Virus record (IMG/VR): IMGVR_UViG_3300044811_000050
Direction: 5' to 3' (one strand)
DNA from: a virus
DNA length: 64,000 nucleotides
Shown here: positions 11,863 to 21,585 of the stretch, piece after piece
Position numbering within the stretch: position 1 is the stretch's first letter
How the letters are laid out: every line of letters starts with the position of its first letter
Notes under the pieces: generated by a model
Databases searched by the model: none
What the model saw: only the letters and a program-made list of their open reading frames with translations
Told to the model about the DNA's origin: nothing
Made by a program: the position numbers and the translations under genes

Positions 11863-12989
11863 TGATGGTCGATATTAGGGGCGCGATTGCTCAGGGGGCC
11901 GATCAGGCCGAGCAGATGGTCCAGGACAACAGGCCCGGAGGCAGCTTCGAGAAGACCGACTGGTTCGGCCTGGAGGACAAGGAAACGATGATCTTGCGTT
12001 TCCTGCACGACCACGACGAGTGGTACAGCGTGATGCAGCACGTGTTCACCGCCACCCGCCCGGCCCCGCCGGACTACCCGGCGGACCGCACCTGGCCCAA
12101 GCAGATGGGCGCGGTGTGCCGCAAGACCAAGCAGTTCGCGCCGTTCTTCCCGGACGGGTGCTACATCTGCGACCACATGCACGAGGTCCGGCCCAACCCG
12201 AAGACCAAGAACAAGAAGTGGTTCCCCGCCGTGCGGCTGTGGGCCATCGCCGTGGTGCGCGAGGAGGTCCGGGCCACCAACGCCGCCGAGGCCGAGCGCT
12301 ACGGCGTGGGCGTCGGGCAGGTGGCCGGCTACCGGGACGCCGAGATCGAATCCGACGAGATCGGCGAGGACGGCAAGCCCACCGGCAACAAGGTGATGAA
12401 GAAGCGGACCGTCGTCGTAAATATGGCGTGGAAGAACTTCTACAGCCCGCTTCAGGGCTACGCCAACGTGTACGGCACCGTGTTGGACCGGGACTACCAC
12501 ATCACCCGGAAGGGCTCGGGTACCGACACCGACTACATGATCGTGCCGATGAACCCGATCACCCGGTCGGACGGCACCGTGCTGGACCTGCGCACCACCA
12601 TGGAGGTGGTCGGAGGCAAGGAGACCGGGCGGACCCGCAAGCAGGCCTACCTGGAGGACTTCTCCCCCGACCCGATCCAGCTGATCGAGGACCGGCTGTC
12701 CGACGACCTGTTCGACAAGTTCTTCGACGACCGCCACGCCTACCCCGAGTTCAAGGGTGGCAACAAGGAGGACGGCGACAAGGGATCCGCGCCGGCCGCC
12801 GGCTCGTCCCAGAACGGTGCGGCGAAGGAGGCCCCCTCGGAGGCCGACCAGCAGGGGGTCAAGGACCGCCTGGCGGCCATGCGCGCCCGGGTGAAGGGCG
12901 ATCACGTGCCGGCCGCCGAGGAGGAGCCGCCGGCCGAAGAGAGGCAGCCGGCCACAGTCGCCGCCGGCCGACCGAGCGAGTTCGACTAG
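11862..12989 (+). CDS. Single-stranded DNA-binding protein (T4 gp32-like)
   Basis: ILRFL, C..CYIC zinc ligands, RDYHITRKGSGTDTDY, acidic tail ending EFD; lies before DnaE. Confidence 0.75.
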   Translation: MMVDIRGAIAQGADQAEQMVQDNRPGGSFEKTDWFGLEDKETMILRFLHDHDEWYSVMQHVFTATRPAPPDYPADRTWPKQMGAVCRKTKQFAPFFPDGCYICDHMHEVRPNPKTKNKKWFPAVRLWAIAVVREEVRATNAAEAERYGVGVGQVAGYRDAEIESDEIGEDGKPTGNKVMKKRTVVVNMAWKNFYSPLQGYANVYGTVLDRDYHITRKGSGTDTDYMIVPMNPITRSDGTVLDLRTTMEVVGGKETGRTRKQAYLEDFSPDPIQLIEDRLSDDLFDKFFDDRHAYPEFKGGNKEDGDKGSAPAAGSSQNGAAKEAPSEADQQGVKDRLAAMRARVKGDHVPAAEEEPPAEERQPATVAAGRPSEFD

Positions 12990-12992
12990 GAG

Positions 12993-13045
12993 CACCCGGC
13001 CGAGGGCGTCCGTCTGAGCCACCAGACGGACGTCCCGGCCCGGTG
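12993..13045 (+). promoter_or_regulatory. Long hairpin between SD and dnaE start
   Basis: CACC..GGGCGTCCGTCTG-AGCCAC-CAGACGGACGTCC..GGTG, flanked by AGGAG and TCGGC-ATG. Confidence 0.6.
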
Positions 13046-13050
13046 TCGGC

Positions 13051-16000
13051 ATGAGCTACCGACTGATCGAGCAGCGTCCTGATCAGCACGAGACACCCGC
13101 CGAGGTAGGAGGACGCACCTACCCCGTGCCGTCCATCGTTGAGGATGACGATGGGCTCCGGCTACTGCTGACCCGCAATCTGTGGGTTCCGGTTGACCTT
13201 TGGACCTGGGCGAGCGCTTCTGGCGCCGTCGCCCTGATCAACGTCGAGCGGATGCTCTACGTGCTGGCCAGCGACTTCGCCGAGCACCACACCGAGAATC
13301 CGAAGATGCGCGGGCTGGTGCTCGCGGAGAACCATTGGCACCCCTACCGGCCCGGGATGACCTACCTGGAGATGGCCGGGGTACAGCACACCGACCGCCA
13401 GGACGCCGCTCTGGCCGCGCAGGGGCTGGCCGAGGAGGACCTGGAGGATCTCGGCGAGTTCGTGCACCTGCACACCCACAGCGAGTACTCCCCGCTGGAC
13501 GGGGTGACCGGCCTGGACGACATGATGAAGATCATCGTCGATGACGGGCAGCGAGCCATCGCGGTCACCGACCACGGCAACGTCGCCGCGCACCCGGCGC
13601 TTCAGCTGGCCGCCGACAAGGCCGGTGTCCGGCCGATCTTCGGCATGGAGGCCAACTTCGTCGATGACCGGACGGTCAAGGGCGCCGAGGTACGCGGCGC
13701 CTACTGGCACCTGGTGCTCTGGGCGATGAACGACACCGGGCTGCGCAACCTGTGGGCGATGTCCACCGAGGGCTACGGCGAGGAGGCCTTCTACGCCCGG
13801 CCCCGGATCGACTGGGACACCCTGGAGCGCCACGCCGAGGGCGTGATGGTCTCCACCGCGTGCGAGCGCGGCCCGGTCGCCCAGCCGTTCCTGGACGGCA
13901 ACGAGGAGCGGGCCCTGGCCAACCTGGGCCGGCTCCAGCAGATCTTCGGTGACCGGCTCTACGTGGAGATCCACACCAACGGTCGGGCGGAGACCCGGCG
14001 GGCCAACGAGTGGTTGGTCAAGATCTCCGAGGACCGGAACCTGCCGATGGTCGCGGTGGTGGACAGCCACTACGGGCGGGCCTGCGACCAGCACACCCAT
14101 CGGGTGTGGCTCTCGGTGCAGACCAACGACGACGTGTCCGACGACAACGGGCTGTTCGGCGGTGGGCACGACTACCACCTGATGACCGCGCAGGAAGTCC
14201 GGGAGGCGCTGAGCTACCTGCCCGGCCCGGTGGTGGCTGAGGCCATGCACAACACGGTGCGGGTGGCCCGGCGGTGCACCGCGAAGATCGAGCCGCAGGT
14301 GCACCAGCCGGTCTACTCCAAGCCCACCGACGAGTGGCCCGACCCGGTGGCCCACGACGTGGACCGGCTCTGGGCGATGGTCATGGACCGGTGGGCCGAT
14401 CGTGTGCCCACCAACCGGGATCAGGACGCCTACCTGGCCCGGGTGGACCGCGAGATGACCCTGTTGGTCAAGAAAGGCTTCTGCGGCTACTACCTGATGG
14501 AAGCCGACCTGGTGAACTGGGCCAAGGATCACGGCATCCTGGTTGGCCCCGGCCGGGGCTCCGGCGGTGGTTCGTTGATCGCCTTCATCACCCGGATCAC
14601 CGAGATCGACCCGGTGGAGCACGAGCTGCTGTTCGAGCGGTTCCTGACCGAGGGCCGCAACTCCCCGCCGGACTTTGACATTGACTTCCCGTCCTCGAAG
14701 AAGAGCGAGCTGTTCGACTACGTGGCCGAGCGGTGGGGCGCGGAGAACATGGCGATCGTCGGGACCCACCTGCGGCTGAAGAGCAAGGGCATTCTCAACG
14801 ACATCTCCCGGGCGTTGAAGAGCACCCTGCCCGAGGACTACTACGTCGACTTCCGGAAGATCGCCGAGATCGTGAGCGAGGCCGAGGCGGGCACCGCCGG
14901 GCTGGGCATGTCCTGGGAGGACCTCTGGATCCAGCACGGTGACCAGCTCGACCCGTACCGGGAGAAGTACCCCGAGGTGTTCCGCTACGCCGACGAGCTG
15001 CACGGCAAGCTGAAGACCTTCGGCACTCACCCGGCCGGGGTGATCATCTCCACCGAGGGCTCGATCGTCGACTCGCTGCCCCTGCGCCGGGGCGCCGAGG
15101 GCGGGCCGATGGTCTGCCAGTTCGACATGGAGGCGCTGGACCGGCTCGGTTACGTCAAGTTCGACCTGCTCAACCTGCGCACCCTGGACACCCTTCAGAT
15201 GTGCGTTGATCTGATCAAAGAGACTACCGGGGAGTGGGTGGACCCCTACGGCTGGCGGCACGACGAGCAGTACGCCGACCCGCAGATCTTCGACGAGATC
15301 TCGGCCGGCTGGACGCTGGGTATCTTCCAGATCGAGACCCAGTCCGGCACCCGGCTGACCCGCCGGTTCCAGCCGCAGACGGTGGCCGAGCTGGCCGATG
15401 TGATCACCCTGGTCCGGCCCGGTCCGATGCGCTCCGGGCTGACCGAGACCTACTTCCGGCGGCGCAACGGCGAGGAGGAGGTCAACGTCCCGGACCCCCG
15501 ACTGGAGCCGGTGCTGGTCAAGACCAACGGCTGCATGCTCTACCAGGAAGACATCATGCGGATCTGCATGGAGCTGGCCGGCTACGACAGCAACGAGGCC
15601 GACGAGGTTCGGAAGATCCTGGGCAAGAAGAAGGTCGACAAGGTCGCGGCGGCCGGCTCCCTGTTCGAGACCCGGGCGGTGGAGAACGGCACCGACCCGA
15701 TGGTGGCGCACCTGCTCTGGGAGCAGATGGCCGAGTTCGCCAAGTACTCGTTCAACCGGGCGCACGCGTTCGCCTACGCGATCTTGGGGATGTGGACCGC
15801 CTGGTTCAAATTCCACTACCCGATCCAGTTCCTGTGCGCGGCGCTGTCCACGGTCAAGGAAGAGCGGATCGCCGAGTTCGTGGAGGAAGCCCGGCGGATG
15901 GGCTACAGCATCCAGCCACCGGACATCAACGAGTCCAAGGCCGGATTCACCGCCTCGGCGATGGCGGTCCGTTACGGCTTCCTGTCCATCAAGGGGATCG

Positions 16001-16833
16001 GGGAGTCGGCCTCGGATGCCATCCTGGCCGGTCAGCCCTACACCGGCTGGGAAGACTTCCTGGAGCGCAAGACCAGCAAGTGCAACTCCGGGCACGTGCA
16101 GCTGCTGGCCCAGATCGGCGCGTTCGACTCGCTGGTACCCAACCGCCGGTGGCTGCTGAAGCTGCTGGAGATCGACAAGATCGCCGGCTCGGACCGGTGC
16201 CAGCACAAGACGAACGAGCCGGTACTGATCACCGGGCAGCTGTCGGTGGGCGAACCACCGGAGCCGGAGACCCAGCTGCTGCCGTGCGCCTACGACTGGC
16301 CCAGCGAGCCGCGCGAGCCGAGCCGGCAGGCCGGCCGGTTCAAGAAGGCCAAGCCGCTGCCCAAGAAGTGCTTCCGGGGCTGCCGGCAGTTCACCCCAAC
16401 CGCGCCGCCCACCTCGGAGGAGGTGGCGCCCTTCACCGACGAGGACATCCGTCGGATCGAGATCGACACACTCGGAGTTTTCCTGTCCTCCACCCCGTTC
16501 GACCGGATCCCCGAGGAGGACCGGGCGGCGTGCTCCACGGCGGTGGAGGTGCTCTCCGCTGAGCCCGGGGAGTACATCGTGCCGGCCCTGATCCGCACCG
16601 TGCGGCGCACCAAGGACCGCCACGACCGGGACATGGCGTTCGTCAAGCTGGCCACCGAGCGTGGCGAGCTGGAGGCCGTGGTGTTCAGCGGTGAATACGC
16701 CCGCTACCACAAGATGCTGACCGCCGGTCGCCTGGTGTTCGCCGCCGTGAAGAAGACCTACCGGGGCTGCAATCTCACCCTGCTGGAGGACCTAGACACC
16801 TCCACCGCCAAGCAAGGAGAAGATCACCAATGA
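13051..16833 (+). CDS. dnaE: DNA polymerase III alpha subunit
   Basis: PHP motifs HLHTHSEYS, VTDHG, DSHY; GPGRGSGGGS; PDFDIDF; HPAGVI; VKFDLL; YSFNRAH; C-terminal OB fold. Confidence 0.97.
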   Translation: MSYRLIEQRPDQHETPAEVGGRTYPVPSIVEDDDGLRLLLTRNLWVPVDLWTWASASGAVALINVERMLYVLASDFAEHHTENPKMRGLVLAENHWHPYRPGMTYLEMAGVQHTDRQDAALAAQGLAEEDLEDLGEFVHLHTHSEYSPLDGVTGLDDMMKIIVDDGQRAIAVTDHGNVAAHPALQLAADKAGVRPIFGMEANFVDDRTVKGAEVRGAYWHLVLWAMNDTGLRNLWAMSTEGYGEEAFYARPRIDWDTLERHAEGVMVSTACERGPVAQPFLDGNEERALANLGRLQQIFGDRLYVEIHTNGRAETRRANEWLVKISEDRNLPMVAVVDSHYGRACDQHTHRVWLSVQTNDDVSDDNGLFGGGHDYHLMTAQEVREALSYLPGPVVAEAMHNTVRVARRCTAKIEPQVHQPVYSKPTDEWPDPVAHDVDRLWAMVMDRWADRVPTNRDQDAYLARVDREMTLLVKKGFCGYYLMEADLVNWAKDHGILVGPGRGSGGGSLIAFITRITEIDPVEHELLFERFLTEGRNSPPDFDIDFPSSKKSELFDYVAERWGAENMAIVGTHLRLKSKGILNDISRALKSTLPEDYYVDFRKIAEIVSEAEAGTAGLGMSWEDLWIQHGDQLDPYREKYPEVFRYADELHGKLKTFGTHPAGVIISTEGSIVDSLPLRRGAEGGPMVCQFDMEALDRLGYVKFDLLNLRTLDTLQMCVDLIKETTGEWVDPYGWRHDEQYADPQIFDEISAGWTLGIFQIETQSGTRLTRRFQPQTVAELADVITLVRPGPMRSGLTETYFRRRNGEEEVNVPDPRLEPVLVKTNGCMLYQEDIMRICMELAGYDSNEADEVRKILGKKKVDKVAAAGSLFETRAVENGTDPMVAHLLWEQMAEFAKYSFNRAHAFAYAILGMWTAWFKFHYPIQFLCAALSTVKEERIAEFVEEARRMGYSIQPPDINESKAGFTASAMAVRYGFLSIKGIGESASDAILAGQPYTGWEDFLERKTSKCNSGHVQLLAQIGAFDSLVPNRRWLLKLLEIDKIAGSDRCQHKTNEPVLITGQLSVGEPPEPETQLLPCAYDWPSEPREPSRQAGRFKKAKPLPKKCFRGCRQFTPTAPPTSEEVAPFTDEDIRRIEIDTLGVFLSSTPFDRIPEEDRAACSTAVEVLSAEPGEYIVPALIRTVRRTKDRHDRDMAFVKLATERGELEAVVFSGEYARYHKMLTAGRLVFAAVKKTYRGCNLTLLEDLDTSTAKQGEDHQ

Positions 16834-17879
16834 CCGCCAACAAGGCCGCCATCCGGGCGTTCGAGCAGAAGTTCGCCAAGCGCTTCGGCGAGCACACCCT
16901 GGTCCGCAACCGCACCCGCCAGGTGGTGAGCACCGGCTCGCTGCTGCTCGACCATCGCCTGGGCGTGGGCGGGCTGGTGGTGGGCCGCTGCTACGAGAGC
17001 TGGGGCGCGCCCAGCATCGGCAAGACCACCATGAACCTGCTGATGATCGCCCAGCAGCAGCGCACCTTCCCGGACCGGATGATCGGCTGGGTCGACGTGG
17101 AGCGCAGCTTCGACGAGACCTGGGCCAGGGCCCACGGGGTGGACATCAACCGGCTCTGGCTGGCCGAGCCGGACACCGCAGAGGAGGTGTCCGACCAGGT
17201 GCGGGACTTCCTGGACTCGGGGCTGTGCAGCTACGTCTGTGTCGATTCGATCGGTGCGCTGATCTCCCAGAAGGAGATCGAGAAGGATGCCGCCGATCAT
17301 GTGGTCGGCACCGTGGCGAAGATCGTCACTCGGATGATCCGGATGGCTTCGCCGGCCGCCAGCCGCAACAACGCGACCTTCCATGTGATCAACCAGGTGC
17401 GGGCCAACATCAGCGCCTACGGCCCGGACACTTCGCCCGGCGGTGGCTTCGCTCTCCAACACGGCACCACCGCGCAGATGCACTACAAGCCGACCGGCGA
17501 GTCCCCGCCGGTGATCGGCGCGGGCAAGGAACGCCAGGTGGTCGGCAAGGTGATCAACATCCTGGTGGCCAAGAACAAGGTCGCCCCACCGAACCGTTCG
17601 GCCATGATCACCCTGACCAACCAGCCGACCGCCGAGTTCGGTCCGATCGGGATCGACCGAGCGTCCGAGGCGTTCCAGCTCGCCGACCAGCTCAGCCTCT
17701 GGAACGAGCGCAAGAGCAGCTACTACACGCTGCTGGACGGCAGCCGGCACAACGGCCAAGACGCCGTGTGCACCTACCTGCGTGGTCACCCGCAACTGAT
17801 CGACGACATCCGCGAGCGAGCCCTGGCCACCGTGGCCGACACGGTGATTACCGACGAGCTGAAGGAGGGCACGGCATGA
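16830..17879 (+). CDS. recA: RecA-like recombinase
   Basis: STGSLLLD, GAPSIGKTT, VDVE, VDSIGAL, INQVR, PGGGFAL, KNKVAPP. Confidence 0.95.
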   Translation: MTANKAAIRAFEQKFAKRFGEHTLVRNRTRQVVSTGSLLLDHRLGVGGLVVGRCYESWGAPSIGKTTMNLLMIAQQQRTFPDRMIGWVDVERSFDETWARAHGVDINRLWLAEPDTAEEVSDQVRDFLDSGLCSYVCVDSIGALISQKEIEKDAADHVVGTVAKIVTRMIRMASPAASRNNATFHVINQVRANISAYGPDTSPGGGFALQHGTTAQMHYKPTGESPPVIGAGKERQVVGKVINILVAKNKVAPPNRSAMITLTNQPTAEFGPIGIDRASEAFQLADQLSLWNERKSSYYTLLDGSRHNGQDAVCTYLRGHPQLIDDIRERALATVADTVITDELKEGTA

Positions 17880-18310
17880 TCGACCTGTTCAGCCTGATGC
17901 TGGGCGTCTACGCGGTGGCTGCGTGCATGGTGTTCGCCGGCCTGGTCGCGTTCGCCTGGCGCTGGGTCAACCGGCGCATGAAGCTCCGCGAGGTGCGCCT
18001 GGCACAGCCCGCGCCACCGGCGGGTGGCGGGCTCTTGGCGACGTTCTCCCCGGAGATCACCGAGCTACCCAGCGAGCAGCCCCGCATCGTGCCCTGCCTT
18101 GGTCTCCCGGAGCAGGTCGAGTACCACCCCGAGGATTACGTCGAACCGCTGCGATGCACCTTGGGGTTCCGCTGTGACGATGCCTTCCTCTCCGCCGGAG
18201 AGACCTTCACCAAGATCCCCTGGGTGGGTGACCCGCAGGGGCGCTTCCTGGTGATCTGCGCGCAGGACATCTGGCGGATGAACCCGGCCCAGGAGGTCCC
18301 CCGTGGCTAA
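17876..18310 (+). CDS. Membrane-anchored hypothetical protein
   Basis: GGAGGG RBS, ATG 17876, N-terminal hydrophobic helix. Confidence 0.65.
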   Translation: MIDLFSLMLGVYAVAACMVFAGLVAFAWRWVNRRMKLREVRLAQPAPPAGGGLLATFSPEITELPSEQPRIVPCLGLPEQVEYHPEDYVEPLRCTLGFRCDDAFLSAGETFTKIPWVGDPQGRFLVICAQDIWRMNPAQEVPRG

Positions 18311-18683
18311 GGACCCCACCACCCGGGATCTCTCGGACAAGCACGCCGACTACATCGCCGATCTGTTCGGCGCGCCGGTGCAGCGTGGCTCGGGCAACCA
18401 GCCCAACCGGCCCACCGACAACCGGATGCGGATCGGTCGGCACACCCCGATCGCCTTCGCCTTCGAGGGCAAGGCCACCCGCAACCGTTCGCTGTCGGTC
18501 TCGTTGGCCGACTGGCGGAAGGTGTGCGAGCAGGCCCACGGGCTGCGCCCGGCGATGGCCTACCGGTTCTACCGGCCGGACAACCTACTCGTCCCCGAGG
18601 CCGACCTGATCGCGGTCAAGGCTGACGACTTCGCCGAGGTCCTGGAAGGGGCCAACCTCTACGCGGAGATGAGGTTCCGGTGA
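18303..18683 (+). CDS. PD-(D/E)xK nuclease, Holliday junction resolvase-like
   Basis: QRGSGN..D..FEGKAT..S.SV motif. Confidence 0.7.
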   Translation: MAKDPTTRDLSDKHADYIADLFGAPVQRGSGNQPNRPTDNRMRIGRHTPIAFAFEGKATRNRSLSVSLADWRKVCEQAHGLRPAMAYRFYRPDNLLVPEADLIAVKADDFAEVLEGANLYAEMRFR

Positions 18684-19435
18684 CCGCGATCCGGGACAGC
18701 TTCAAGGCCACCTTGCGGGCCATCCACGACGACAAGGTGCTCACCCCGATCACCCACGCGGTACTGCTCGATCCCAAGTTCAAGGGCTTCACCGTCGATG
18801 TGGAGGCCTGGACACCCCGGCCCTACGACGGGATGTTCCACCCGAGCACGCACGCCGAGTGGACCACCTTGCAGCTCTACTTCTACCTGACCCAGCCCAA
18901 CCTGCTGGAGGTCGAGCAGATGGGGCTGACCTCGGTGCTGGCCATCACCCAGGGCAAGTTCTGGCACAGCTTCCTGCAACTGCTCTGGCTGGCCCACGGG
19001 GTGCTCACTCAGGACGAGGTGCCGCTGCGGGACGAGCTGCATAACCGCATCGGGCACATGGACGGCAAACTGACCGACGGCGACGGGCTGGAAATCAAGA
19101 CGATCAACGACTTCAAGCTGCCCAAGATCTTCGACGCGGACACCCTGCGGGTGCTCAAGCCCGGCTACTACGCGCAGACCCAGGACTACCTGGACATGGC
19201 CGGGCTCACCGCGATGCGCTACTTCATGATCTCCACCAGCTACCCGTACCCGACCAGCGAGTTCGTGGTGCCCGCCGACCCGCCGTTCCAGGCCGCGCAA
19301 CGGGCCAAGTACCGCGCGGCCATCGACGCGGCGGCGGGCACTCGGGCCCTGCCGCAGCCTTGCTGCGCGCTGAAGTCGGCCCAGGCCCGGAGCTGCCCCG
19401 TTCGGGGCGCGTGTGACATCGGGAGGGCCTCGTGA
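18680..19435 (+). CDS. Cas4/RecB-like PD-(D/E)xK exonuclease
   Basis: HPS, GKFWH, GHMDG, LEIKT, QTQDY, C-terminal Cys cluster. Confidence 0.8.
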   Translation: MTAIRDSFKATLRAIHDDKVLTPITHAVLLDPKFKGFTVDVEAWTPRPYDGMFHPSTHAEWTTLQLYFYLTQPNLLEVEQMGLTSVLAITQGKFWHSFLQLLWLAHGVLTQDEVPLRDELHNRIGHMDGKLTDGDGLEIKTINDFKLPKIFDADTLRVLKPGYYAQTQDYLDMAGLTAMRYFMISTSYPYPTSEFVVPADPPFQAAQRAKYRAAIDAAAGTRALPQPCCALKSAQARSCPVRGACDIGRAS

Positions 19436-20058
19436 AGACCCTGGATGACTTCGCCCCCGGTGCCGCGCCGACCCGTAGGCGGGCCAAGGCCAAGCCGGAG
19501 TGGCGCCCGCCGACGTTGGCCGACCTGTTCGTCTGCCGGGTGCTGGCATTTGACCCGTCGTTGAGCAGCACCGGCTTCGTGGACATGGAGTTCACCGGCA
19601 CCGAGCTGTTCGTGCACCACGGGGAGACGTTCACCGGCCAGATCCAGCCAAGCCTGACTGGCTGGGCAAAGGACTTCCATGCCGCTGAGGACCTGCGCCG
19701 GCAGTTCTATGACCGGTTGTCCCGCTACCAGGGGGTGGATGTGTCCGTGGTGCACGAGGCGCCCCCGTTGGGCGGCGGCAAGCTGGCTTCCCCCGAGTCG
19801 GCGATCCAGGCTTCGCTGATGCTGCGGGTGGCGGCCCACGATCTGGGGATGGCCGTGTTGCCGATGGTGCGCACCCAGGACCACAAGCGCCTCACGGTGA
19901 ACCAGGCGAACGCGAAGAAGCAGGACTACCACCGGCTGCTCAAGCCGCTCCTGGAGGAGCTGAGCCCCGGCTGCCTGTCGATCATTACCAACGAACACCA
20001 GCGGGACGCGGCCGGGGTCGGGCTTGCCGTCATGCTCAGAGGGAGGGTGGACCGGTGA
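19432..20058 (+). CDS. RuvC-like resolvase (RNase H fold)
   Basis: VLAFDPSLSSTGF, VVHEAP, NAKKQD, NEHQRDA. Confidence 0.75.
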   Translation: MKTLDDFAPGAAPTRRRAKAKPEWRPPTLADLFVCRVLAFDPSLSSTGFVDMEFTGTELFVHHGETFTGQIQPSLTGWAKDFHAAEDLRRQFYDRLSRYQGVDVSVVHEAPPLGGGKLASPESAIQASLMLRVAAHDLGMAVLPMVRTQDHKRLTVNQANAKKQDYHRLLKPLLEELSPGCLSIITNEHQRDAAGVGLAVMLRGRVDR

Positions 20059-20732
20059 ACGTGCGGGCCAGCGGCAAGACCGCTGATGAGGAGGCGCTCG
20101 ACGAGATCCGCAAGGACGTCGACAAGCCAGCCGAGACCGAACTGCCCGAGGAGCGCGAGCGCAGGTTCCGGTTTCCCGGCTTCTCCCGGATGCGCACCGA
20201 CTGGTACGGCGAGGACGCCATGACGATGACCAGGGTGCACACCACCGTGGACAACGTCATCAATGATCAGTTCAAGGACCTGCTGGCCATCCGCCAGGAG
20301 CTGTACGACCTGGTGCGCCAGCCGGAGATGTTCCAGGGCGCGCCGCGCCGGGACGTCTACGGCTGGATCGTCTGGGCGCGCGACGAGGACGGCAACTACC
20401 AGGAGGACTGGAGTCGTCTCGGCCACAAGGAGCAGGAACGGTTCCTGTTCTTGATCACTACCCGGCTGTTCGAGTGGAAGGAGCGCGAAGACAGGCTGTG
20501 GGCCGAGTCGATGATGGCCAAGACGCAATGGGAGGAGGCATTCTCCACCGGCTGGCAGGCCACCGAGGGGGCTCGCCCCACCGAGGGCGACAAGACCGCC
20601 AATGGGCGCTTGACCAGCCAGGAAGAGCGCTACTTCGCCATCTTCCAGACCTACCTATCCCGCCGAGGGGAATCCCTCGTGGAGGGGATGAAAATGTTGG
20701 CCCAAAGGATAAAAGACGTGCACACGGCATGA
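20055..20732 (+). CDS. Hypothetical helical phage protein
   Basis: Coupled ORF; last 11 aa are duplicated at the end of the next gene. Confidence 0.75.
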   Translation: MNVRASGKTADEEALDEIRKDVDKPAETELPEERERRFRFPGFSRMRTDWYGEDAMTMTRVHTTVDNVINDQFKDLLAIRQELYDLVRQPEMFQGAPRRDVYGWIVWARDEDGNYQEDWSRLGHKEQERFLFLITTRLFEWKEREDRLWAESMMAKTQWEEAFSTGWQATEGARPTEGDKTANGRLTSQEERYFAIFQTYLSRRGESLVEGMKMLAQRIKDVHTA

Positions 20733-21292
20733 TCAGGAAGCCTCCCCACCCTTTGATCAACGAGGTCCGTGACGGAAAGATCATCTGCGTTCGCTGCGAG
20801 GAGTGGAAGCTACCGGAGGAGTTCTCCGCATCTCCCAGGATGAAGCGAGGATTGCACTCCTGGTGCACGAGCTGCCAGACGGGGTCTCAGCAGACCAGGG
20901 TGGCGGACCCGGTGGTGCGCGAGAACATCAACTCTCGTCGGCGGGAGACCTACGATGCTGAGATGCGCCGCGCCTACCGCGAGGAGCGCTACGAGACGAT
21001 CCGGCTGATCGAGCGTCGGTATCACCTGAAGAGCAAGTACGGGATGACGCCGGAAGAGTATGACTTGATGGTGGCTGAACAGGAGGGCCGCTGTCGTATC
21101 TGCAAAGACGAGGTCGACCTGCTTTACGTCGACCATTGTCACACCACCCTAGTTCGGCGTGGTGGGCTCTGCGACGGCTGCAACTTCGGCCTGGGGCACT
21201 TCAAGGACGATCCTGCTCGGCTGCGCGCGGCAGCCGATTACTTGGAGGAGTTCCAGTTGGCTCAGCGCATCAAGGATGTGCACACCGCGTAA
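20729..21292 (+). CDS. Endonuclease VII-family homing endonuclease
   Basis: CxxC..CxxC, KYGMTPEEYDLMVAEQEGRCRIC, VDHCH, RGGLCDGCNFGLGHFKDDP. Confidence 0.9.
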   Translation: MIRKPPHPLINEVRDGKIICVRCEEWKLPEEFSASPRMKRGLHSWCTSCQTGSQQTRVADPVVRENINSRRRETYDAEMRRAYREERYETIRLIERRYHLKSKYGMTPEEYDLMVAEQEGRCRICKDEVDLLYVDHCHTTLVRRGGLCDGCNFGLGHFKDDPARLRAAADYLEEFQLAQRIKDVHTA

Positions 21293-21585
21293 CCCTTACC
21301 ATAGTGTCGAATCGTTATCTAAGAGGGGGCCCGCCTTGCCGGGGTGACCACCTCATGTAATCGTGACCTCTTAGAGCCGGGAATGTGCTCGCCCCACCTA
21401 CTGGGGTTTCGGACCTACGGCCAGGGAACCGGGTGTGCATGGTCTGAGGTGATTGACACCATTCCCCTCTGGCGACCCCGAGCCGTCCTGTTGACGCCGG
21501 TCGCTCACGGTTCTCTCCGCTCCCCGTTGCGGATCCCCCGCTCGATCGTTGGACCTCCCATGCTCCCCCGCATCTTCGCTGGAGC

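Noticed and set aside
13162-16710. Very long minus-strand ORFs opposite dnaE, dinG, dnaB and terL
   Set aside because: Antisense shadow ORFs expected from high GC3 bias; no motifs or RBS.
18680-19435. Cas4-like gene as part of a CRISPR-Cas system
   Set aside because: No cas1/cas2 or array; it sits in the recombination operon like typical solo phage Cas4-family exonucleases.
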